Part shown: positions 40,554 to 47,381 of the stretch, one piece after another | How the letters are laid out: every line of letters begins with the position of its first letter | Position numbering within the stretch: position 1 is the stretch's first letter | Source of the DNA: an uncultured Pelagibacteraceae bacterium | Lineage (GTDB): Bacteria > Pseudomonadota > Alphaproteobacteria > Pelagibacterales > AG-422-B15 | Direction: 5' to 3' | Assembly: GCA_902544525.1 (NCBI GenBank) | Contig: CACCCN010000001.1 | Location: 41,289 to 105,288, forward strand | Length of the DNA stretch: 64,000 nucleotides | Position numbers and translations under genes: made by a program | The notes under the pieces: model-generated | What the model was told of the DNA's origin: nothing | The model's input: only the letters and a program-made list of their open reading frames with translations | Database searches by the model: none

Positions 40554-40582
40554 ACGTTATAATATAACATCAATATTATAAC
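40554..40582. promoter_or_regulatory. Putative Zur operator in the divergent znuC/znuA promoter region
   Basis: Perfect 10-7-10 inverted repeat GTTATAATAT-aacatca-ATATTATAAC (40556-40582). Nested within it is the 13-bp palindrome GTTATAaTATAAC (40556-40568). Both resemble Zur boxes built on GTTATA/TATAAC half-sites. Confidence 0.6.
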
Positions 40583-40603
40583 ACATTGAAAGCAAATAAC
40601 CCC

Positions 40604-41572
40604 ATGAAATTAAATATTAAATCTAGTTTAATTATATCCATCTTTACCTTTTTTTCTTTTTTTTCTTACGCTCATGCAGAGATTAAAGTCGTTGCATCTA
40701 TAAAACCTATTCATTCGTTGGTTAGTTATGTCATGGATGGTGTCGGAACACCAAGTATACTTGTTGATGGAAGTTCTTCACCACATACATTTCAATTAAA
40801 ACCATCGCACGCCCAGATGTTACAAGATGCTGATATAGTTTTTTGGATTGGGGAGGATTTAGAATCATTTTTAGAGACACCACTTGAGTCAATTGCTACT
40901 AATGCTAAGAAGATAACATTAATGGAATTAGATGATATTGAGCTGCTTAAATTTAGAGAAAAACATATTTTTGAAGAACATGCTGAGCATGATGATCATG
41001 GTGACGAACACGAAGAAGGTCATGATGAACACGAAGATGAGCACGGACATCATGATGAGCATAATCACGGTGAGTTTGACATTCATTTTTGGCTAGATCC
41101 TGCAATTGCAAAAGTAATTGTTAAAAATATTGCAGAAGAATTATCGAATATTGATGTTGCAAATAAAGCGACCTATGAAGCTAATGCATCAAAAGCTATT
41201 AGTGAACTTGATGAACTCATTGCAGAAACTAAGCTTAAAATAAATAAGAATGCAACCTATGTAGTGTTTCATGATGCCTACCAATATTTTGAAGAAAGGT
41301 TTGGGATTGAAGTTTTAGGTGCATTGTCTGTAAACCCTGAAATCTTACCAGGAGCAAAACAACTTGCTGAGATAAGAGAAGTAATTGAACATGAAAATGT
41401 AAATTGTATATTTTCAGAACCTCAATTCAATCCAAGTATTGCAAAGACAATAGCAGCAGATACCGGTGTAAAAGCAGCAGTATTGGACCCATTAGGAGCT
41501 GAATTAGACCCAAGTAAAGATTTATATTTTGATCTTATAGCTGATATGGCTTCATCTTTTAGCGGCTGTTAA
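40604..41572 (+). CDS. znuA: Zinc ABC transporter periplasmic binding protein
   Basis: Signal peptide MKLNIKSSLIISIFTFFSFFSYAHA, a cluster A-I SBP fold, and the long His/Asp/Glu loop HAEHDDHGDEHEEGHDEHEDEHGHHDEHNHGE typical of ZnuA. The ORF track starts at TTG 40586. Confidence 0.9.
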   Translation: MKLNIKSSLIISIFTFFSFFSYAHAEIKVVASIKPIHSLVSYVMDGVGTPSILVDGSSSPHTFQLKPSHAQMLQDADIVFWIGEDLESFLETPLESIATNAKKITLMELDDIELLKFREKHIFEEHAEHDDHGDEHEEGHDEHEDEHGHHDEHNHGEFDIHFWLDPAIAKVIVKNIAEELSNIDVANKATYEANASKAISELDELIAETKLKINKNATYVVFHDAYQYFEERFGIEVLGALSVNPEILPGAKQLAEIREVIEHENVNCIFSEPQFNPSIAKTIAADTGVKAAVLDPLGAELDPSKDLYFDLIADMASSFSGC

Positions 41573-41661
41573 GAAAATCTTTCTATATAACTTTTGCACT
41601 TTATAAGTATTTTAGTGCACTAAGTTATATCTTTTGTATTAAAATCTAATAAGCTAAATGC

Positions 41662-42297
41662 ATGCAAACTTTTATCGCTCAGCCAAAACTTCGTGGCATA
41701 AGTCATTTCCTAATGTTTTTTGTATCGATAATAGCTTGCACATTTCTGATACTTAAAAGTACAAACACAACAGAATTTTTGTCCACATCAATTTATTCTA
41801 TTGGAGTACTAGCAATGTTTGGTTTTAGTGCTTTGTACCATCGCAAAAAAGCCTCAATACTTATTAAGCAAAGATTACGTAAACTAGACCATACCGGTAT
41901 ATTCCTGATGATCGCAGGCACATTTACTCCCATGTGTTTATTATCACTGCCAATAGAAAGTGGCACTAAACTTTTAATTATAATTTGGTCTGTGGCTATA
42001 ATTGGAATCATTCAATCAATTTTCTTTTCGAAAATTCATCGGCTATTAAGAGCTTTTATTTACTTAGTTGCTGGATGGGTTGCACTTCCATTTATGCCAA
42101 TGTTCGTAGCTTCATTAAGCTTCTTGAAATTAAGCTTAGTTATTGCAGGAGGTGTTATTTATTCAATTGGGGCAACAGCCTATGGTTTTAAAATACCAAG
42201 ATTATCACCAAATATTTTTGGGTTTCATGAGTTTTTTCACTTACTGGTAATTATTGCTGCAGTATTACATTTTATTGTCATTTACAGCTTAGTCTAA
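41662..42297 (+). CDS. Hemolysin III / PAQR family 7-TM protein
   Basis: 211 aa with 7 TM helices. PAQR metal-site motifs are present: SALYH, LDHTGI, HEFFH. Confidence 0.85.
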   Translation: MQTFIAQPKLRGISHFLMFFVSIIACTFLILKSTNTTEFLSTSIYSIGVLAMFGFSALYHRKKASILIKQRLRKLDHTGIFLMIAGTFTPMCLLSLPIESGTKLLIIIWSVAIIGIIQSIFFSKIHRLLRAFIYLVAGWVALPFMPMFVASLSFLKLSLVIAGGVIYSIGATAYGFKIPRLSPNIFGFHEFFHLLVIIAAVLHFIVIYSLV

Positions 42298-42325
42298 AGG
42301 AGGAGAACAAGGCTCTCCTCCTTTT
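42297..42325. terminator. Rho-independent terminator hairpin between convergent genes
   Basis: The stem aaggaggaga / tctcctcctt encloses a 7-nt loop. It is followed by a T-run on the + strand and a short T-run on the - strand. Confidence 0.6.
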
Positions 42326-42334
42326 AAACTTTTT

Positions 42335-42979
42335 TTAGATCATGCTCTTCATATTTCTGACAAGTGTCTGCACGCCAATGACTCCAGATGGATCATTCAA
42401 TGCATCGTTAGCCCATTTAGTAAAGTCATCACTACTATTGGCACCATCAATAGTTTTACCATAGTCTGTCATACTTTTATGACCTTCAATGTAAACCATC
42501 CCAGTTGGTTCTCCAGAAATACCTCGCCAAACACTAACACTAGTACCCATTGATTCTTGTAACTTTTTTGCAATGGCCGTACTTTTCATTAAGCTTTCCA
42601 TTTTTCCTGGTCCTGCAGGTGCAAATATTGTCACCTTGTAATAAGGTAAAGATGTATCTATCATCCCTCCTAACTCGGGATCAGCTGTACACTCATAAGA
42701 ATTTACCATTTTGATAATACCAGCATCAGTTGACATAGCTTGCTGCATAAGACCTTGATAGTCAGTATCTTCACTAAGTTTGTCCATAAAAGCACCGTAT
42801 GCCTCTGCACTTTCAAATTGTGCGCCCAAATCAATTCCTTGATTTACAGTCCCTCTTAGAGTTAGATTAAAATAAAAATCTGCCCCATGTTTTTTATATG
42901 TCTTCGCCATACTCATTAGCCATTGCATGCCCTCTGGTTTATCAGCGAGCCATCGTGCACCTGAAAAAATTGCTACCAT
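42335..42979 (-). CDS. Hypothetical protein, apparent internal two-domain duplication
   Basis: 214-aa ORF with no signal peptide. The two halves have similar alpha/beta-like patterns. No motif recognised. Confidence 0.4.
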   Translation of the reverse strand: MVAIFSGARWLADKPEGMQWLMSMAKTYKKHGADFYFNLTLRGTVNQGIDLGAQFESAEAYGAFMDKLSEDTDYQGLMQQAMSTDAGIIKMVNSYECTADPELGGMIDTSLPYYKVTIFAPAGPGKMESLMKSTAIAKKLQESMGTSVSVWRGISGEPTGMVYIEGHKSMTDYGKTIDGANSSDDFTKWANDALNDPSGVIGVQTLVRNMKSMI

Positions 42980-43088
42980 ATTTATCTCCTTTAAAAAAAA
43001 ATTAAGAAAAATTTTTTCACAAATTGGTAACTTGTAAAATAAGAAAAATATGAATATTTTATTAATTAATAAAATTTACTATTGATAT

Positions 43089-45137
43089 TTAATTACTTTT
43101 TACTAAATTGATGAGAAAAGCGTTATCAAGTGCGCTTTCTTCTAGAGCATTCAACCTGCCACTTTTGCCAGCGTGTCCGCCTACCAAGTTCATTTTCATT
43201 ATAATCGGGTTTTTTGAAGTGGTGTTATCTCGAAGTTTAGGCACATATTTTGCTGGCTCATAATATTGCACTTGAGAGTCATATAAGCTGGATGTGACTA
43301 ATACTGCAGGGTAATTGGCTGGTTTAATGTTGTCATAAGGTGAGTAGCTTTTTATATAATCATACTCTTCTTTATTTGCTGGATTACCCCATTCTTTATA
43401 TTCAAATGTCGTTAAGGGTATAGACTCGTCTGACATTGTAGTGACAACATCAACAAATGGTACAGCTGAAATAATGCCGGTATACAATTCTGGCTCTATA
43501 TTGATTACAGCCCCCATTAAAAGACCACCAGCGCTGCCGCCCATCGCATAAACATTCTTTGAATTACCATAACCTTGATCCAATAAAGATTTAGTTGCAT
43601 CAATAAAATCATAAAATGTGTTTTTTTTGTTAAGGATTTTACCATCTTCATACCAAAAACGTCCCATCTCAGAACCCCCTCTAATATTTGCAACCGCAAA
43701 TATAAATCCTCTATTTAACAATGGTAAGATTGAAGTACGAAAGGCTGCATCAATAATTATACCATAAGAACCATAGCCATAAACTAATATAGGCGCTTGC
43801 GATAAATCAGTACCTTTTTTATAAACCAATGACACGGGAACTTTAGTTTCATCACGAGCATCTATTTTTAAACGTTCAACTTCATATAAGTTTTCATCAA
43901 AATTGCTTACACTTTGCTGCCACACTAATTCACTAGTACCAGTGGCAATATCTTCTTTAAAAATAGAACTTGGTTTTTTGGGGCTGGAATACCCATAATA
44001 AAACTCATTTGCTAGATATTCATTGTTGGTCGCCAAGTAGCAGCTAAAAGCAGGTTCACTAAACTCAATATACTGTTTATCAAGGGTTTGCCGGTGCATT
44101 TTGAGAATTTTTGGCAATCCGTCCTCTCGCACTTCAAGATAAATATAATCAGGAAAAGCCTCAAAATCTTCGATTAGCATGGCGCTATTATGCTCTATTA
44201 CCGTCTCCCAGCTATTGTAATCATTAATTTGTGCATGACTAAATTTTAGCAATGCAAAATTTTTTTTATCATCAGCATCACTAATGGCGTAAAAGCATTC
44301 AGGAGTATCTTCCACTGAATACAAGTGTTTTTCAGATCGGGTTAATACACAAAATGGTTTACTGGTTTCATCTTCTAAATCTAATAACCAAGTTTCAGAT
44401 GCTTCAGTTTTACTAATATAAATATTTAGATATTTTTTAGTTCGAGACTCATAAATATTGAGATGGAATTCCATATCATGTTCTTCATAGATTAGAATAT
44501 CTTCACTTGCGTCTGTGCCAAGTTTATGTTTATAAACTTTATTCTCAATTAGAGTAACTGGGTCTTTTTGTGCATAATAAATGCAAGTATTTTGTTTATC
44601 CCATACGACACTACCAGAACTGCGTTCAATTGCACTGTCGATAATCTTCCCCGATGCTAAATCTTTTACTTTTATATTATATTCACGCCGACCTGATAAA
44701 TCTTCAGCATAAGCAATAAGTAAATTATCTGAAGAAGGCGTTAATGATGCCACATTGAAATAATCTAGACCTTTTGCGAGTACATTAACGTCTAACACTA
44801 ACTCTTTTGCTCCATCAAGCTCGCGATAGTAAGTTTTATATTGTTGATCTGCACTAATTTCAGAAAAGTATAGATAGTCTCCATACTTAATCTTCATGGA
44901 TACTTCATGTGGTGGAATGAAGCTAACTAACTCATCATAGATTTCTTGTCTACAGTCACCTTTGCTTGCAAACCAGTCTTCTAAATATTGATTTTCAGCT
45001 GCTAAATAAGAAATAACTTCTGGATCTTTACGGGTATCATCTCGTAACCAATAATAATCATCAATGCGCTCATCACCATGGGCGCTATGAACTTTAGGGA
45101 TCTTTTTAGGTTGTGGTGGTTTGAGTAAATCAGACAT
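43089..45137 (-). CDS. ptrB: Oligopeptidase B (S9A prolyl oligopeptidase family)
   Basis: N-terminal beta-propeller region (HGDERIDDYYWLRDD) and a C-terminal catalytic domain with GGSAGGLLMG (the nucleophile Ser). I prefer the ATG at 45137 (MSDLLKPP); the ORF track extends to 45185. Confidence 0.85.
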   Translation of the reverse strand: MSDLLKPPQPKKIPKVHSAHGDERIDDYYWLRDDTRKDPEVISYLAAENQYLEDWFASKGDCRQEIYDELVSFIPPHEVSMKIKYGDYLYFSEISADQQYKTYYRELDGAKELVLDVNVLAKGLDYFNVASLTPSSDNLLIAYAEDLSGRREYNIKVKDLASGKIIDSAIERSSGSVVWDKQNTCIYYAQKDPVTLIENKVYKHKLGTDASEDILIYEEHDMEFHLNIYESRTKKYLNIYISKTEASETWLLDLEDETSKPFCVLTRSEKHLYSVEDTPECFYAISDADDKKNFALLKFSHAQINDYNSWETVIEHNSAMLIEDFEAFPDYIYLEVREDGLPKILKMHRQTLDKQYIEFSEPAFSCYLATNNEYLANEFYYGYSSPKKPSSIFKEDIATGTSELVWQQSVSNFDENLYEVERLKIDARDETKVPVSLVYKKGTDLSQAPILVYGYGSYGIIIDAAFRTSILPLLNRGFIFAVANIRGGSEMGRFWYEDGKILNKKNTFYDFIDATKSLLDQGYGNSKNVYAMGGSAGGLLMGAVINIEPELYTGIISAVPFVDVVTTMSDESIPLTTFEYKEWGNPANKEEYDYIKSYSPYDNIKPANYPAVLVTSSLYDSQVQYYEPAKYVPKLRDNTTSKNPIIMKMNLVGGHAGKSGRLNALEESALDNAFLINLVKSN

Positions 45138-45190
45138 TATTTTCTCATCATCATTACGCCATATTCCAGACGAAATAAAGCCCAATTATT

Positions 45191-45733
45191 TTGTTACAAA
45201 ATAAGAAATCAACACTTAAAAGAAAGGATTTACAACCTGTGAGAAAAACCCACTATATCAATCCACGCTACTATCAAAACGAAAAAACTATTCTCCTCAA
45301 CCCCTCAAAACCATTTTCTCGAAAAAGAAAACCACCAAAAAAACCAGGGCTTTTTAAATATATATTACTCGTATTTTTATTATTTTCTGCCTTTATTGGC
45401 TACTCAGCTTATGCAGAAGACTATTATTGTAAACAAAAAGCACTTGTGGGCTTCAAAGGTATACCAGAAAATGATCTAAAAGTTGTTGAATTCAATCCCA
45501 TGGAGTTTGAAGTCGATACTACTAATCCTAAGTGGAACTGTGAATATCCAGAAGGTGAAGACTTTCTATATTGTGCAGATTATTTCAGTCAGTTCATTAT
45601 GCAAAAAGAAACTAAAGAGTTCACTCTCACATATCACAATGGCTTAATTAAAAATGCTCAAGATAATTTATATGTAGGTTATGGGCAGTGCATTCCAAGA
45701 TTTGATGTGCCTAATGATATTGTGATTGGTTAA
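45191..45733 (+). CDS. Hypothetical single-pass membrane/secreted protein with a Cys-containing C-terminal domain
   Basis: The frame is open for 180 codons but has no ATG before the hydrophobic segment LFKYILLVFLLFSAFIGYSAYA; candidate starts are TTG 45191 or GTG 45239. The ectodomain is about 105 aa with 4 Cys. Confidence 0.35.
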   Translation: MLQNKKSTLKRKDLQPVRKTHYINPRYYQNEKTILLNPSKPFSRKRKPPKKPGLFKYILLVFLLFSAFIGYSAYAEDYYCKQKALVGFKGIPENDLKVVEFNPMEFEVDTTNPKWNCEYPEGEDFLYCADYFSQFIMQKETKEFTLTYHNGLIKNAQDNLYVGYGQCIPRFDVPNDIVIG

Positions 45734-45963
45734 CTTATATTTTTATCAATCATAGTTTTTAAAATTAGATCAGATATTTCTTTATCCATTGAAGGAGATT
45801 TAAGGGTTACACCAGCCATATCAGCAGCCACTACCCAACTTGATGTTTTATTATTCCAGAAGACAGCAACTTCACCACCATATTTAGTAGCAGCAAATGC
45901 AACAGGTAGATCATTCCAATCTCTAATCGAAGATAATAACTGTATTGGATGCTTTAGTTCCAT
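45730..45963 (-). CDS. Hypothetical small protein (paralog of the upstream 109-aa ORF)
   Basis: 77 aa. Its start forms a TAATG overlap with the upstream stop. It shares an ...AVF.N....W V..DM.G core with the 109-aa ORF. Confidence 0.4.
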   Translation of the reverse strand: MELKHPIQLLSSIRDWNDLPVAFAATKYGGEVAVFWNNKTSSWVVAADMAGVTLKSPSMDKEISDLILKTMIDKNIS

Positions 45964-46292
45964 TAACTCGCAAAGTACTTATCATAAATTTCGTTATGAA
46001 CAATTTCCTGGGTCATCTTTTCCTTTATTGCACCTATAGCATCATTATCATAACTAGATAATCCATTTTGAGGATGTACAAATTGTCCAATATTCATATC
46101 TATTTTTACCCATTTTTGTTGTTCTAAATTGAAAACAGCCAATCCATAATTTCCAGATTTCAATTTAACCATAGCAATAATTAATCCATCTCTAGATCTT
46201 AAGTCTGTAATTTCTATTGGTATTGCTATTTCGTTATCGTTTTTATAGTCATCTAGACTTATTATTTTTACTTTCAAAAGCCTTCCTTTCAC
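45963..46292 (-). CDS. Hypothetical small protein
   Basis: 109 aa. GTG start with no visible SD. It overlaps the upstream 49-aa ORF by 44 nt in the +1 frame. Confidence 0.4.
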   Translation of the reverse strand: MKGRLLKVKIISLDDYKNDNEIAIPIEITDLRSRDGLIIAMVKLKSGNYGLAVFNLEQQKWVKIDMNIGQFVHPQNGLSSYDNDAIGAIKEKMTQEIVHNEIYDKYFAS

Positions 46293-46398
46293 ATAGTTTT
46301 GTATTTATTTTTCTATTTTTTGAGATTGAGAAGGTTGACCAACCATCTTTAAAGATTGGGTCATCTTGTTTTTTAAATGACCTGCTTATTATTTTCAT
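46249..46398 (-). CDS. Hypothetical small basic protein (49 aa)
   Basis: ATG preceded by a strong SD (GGAGGTaaaaATG). Translates to MKIISRSFKKQDDPIFKDGWSTFSISKNRKINTKLCERKAFESKNNKSR. Below the ORF-track length cutoff. Confidence 0.3.
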   Translation of the reverse strand: MKIISRSFKKQDDPIFKDGWSTFSISKNRKINTKLCERKAFESKNNKSR

Positions 46399-46490
46399 TT
46401 TTACCTCCGTTTTAGCGTTTTAAAATTAGCACTCGCAATAGGAACAAATTAGTGCATAATTAGTCTACATTATCTTTTTTTAATTTTAAA

Positions 46491-47381
46491 GTGTTAAAAA
46501 ATATAGAAATGCAAATCAATAAAGAGTTACAGGAAATAATTGACGATAATATTCAGAATATCAATAATGGTATTAAAAAAGCATGCAAAGAAATCACTTC
46601 GTTTTCTCAGCCTCAAATAAGAAATTATTTACATGAGTCTGCTTCAATAAAACTTAGAGATGATCGCATTTCTAACGAAATATTAAGCCTTTTCAAAAAA
46701 GAAAATTATCAGAAAAGTAAAATTAAGGATATTTCCAATAAGTTTAGTTTATATCATGATGATGTAGAAAAATTCTTGATAAGAAAAACACATCATGATC
46801 TTGAAAAAAAGATTAACAAAAATAGTTTAGCCGATAAGTTATTAGAAATAATTTTTGAAGATTCAGGTTTTGATAAAAAAAGATTTAATTTTATTAGAAC
46901 AAATTTAGCCAACTTATTTCCATATAGTTTTTATCATTTTATATTAAACGGTTATAACAAAAATACCGTAGGTATAGATAGCGGTATTATGTCAGCAAAT
47001 GCGGGAGATAGTAGTGAACATTTTTTTGTTGCCAGAGCAATCCTTGCTGGCTTTAATGCGTCAGTTGTAGATGTTAGATCTTCAGCTTATGATGTCGTAA
47101 TTGATATAAATAATAGATTATTAAAGGTTCAAGTTAAAAGTTCAGATAATGATGTATTTAGTAGAAAGGGAAGAGATAGAGGTGGCCAGGGCATAGACCC
47201 AACTGATCCAACTAATAGAGGTAAAATAGTTTCATCTAAAGATACTGACTTACTTGTGTTTGTTATGAAAAAAACTGGTACTATTTTTATTTTTCCAAAA
47301 AATGAAATTGATAAACTACCAACTACACTAAAAGGTAGAGATTATATTAAAAATATGGAGAACTGGGATCTAATATCATAG
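46491..47381 (+). CDS. Putative Type II restriction endonuclease: C-terminal PD-(D/E)xK nuclease domain with an N-terminal helical (possible HTH) region
   Basis: The core SSEHFFVARAILAGFNASVVDVRSSAYDVVIDINNRLLKVQVKSS fits an E...D-x13-QVK PD-(D/E)xK motif (Hjc/PDDEXK_5-like). Its 3' end overlaps the convergent C5-methyltransferase gene by 6 nt. Confidence 0.55.
   Translation: MLKNIEMQINKELQEIIDDNIQNINNGIKKACKEITSFSQPQIRNYLHESASIKLRDDRISNEILSLFKKENYQKSKIKDISNKFSLYHDDVEKFLIRKTHHDLEKKINKNSLADKLLEIIFEDSGFDKKRFNFIRTNLANLFPYSFYHFILNGYNKNTVGIDSGIMSANAGDSSEHFFVARAILAGFNASVVDVRSSAYDVVIDINNRLLKVQVKSSDNDVFSRKGRDRGGQGIDPTDPTNRGKIVSSKDTDLLVFVMKKTGTIFIFPKNEIDKLPTTLKGRDYIKNMENWDLIS

Noticed and set aside
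40975-41075. Repetitive GAT/GAA/CAT/CAC-rich DNA in znuA
   Set aside because: This is the coding sequence of the His/Asp/Glu-rich metal-binding loop of ZnuA. It is not a tandem DNA repeat or a CRISPR-like element.
41612-41623. Perfect 12-bp palindrome TTAGTGCACTAA upstream of the PAQR gene; a related TTAGTGCA occurs in the R-M island promoter
   Set aside because: Roughly a dozen or more perfect 12-bp palindromes are expected by chance in 64 kb (64000/4^6, more with AT bias). The shared 8-mer is also within chance expectation. It is kept only as a possible weak znuA terminator or operator.
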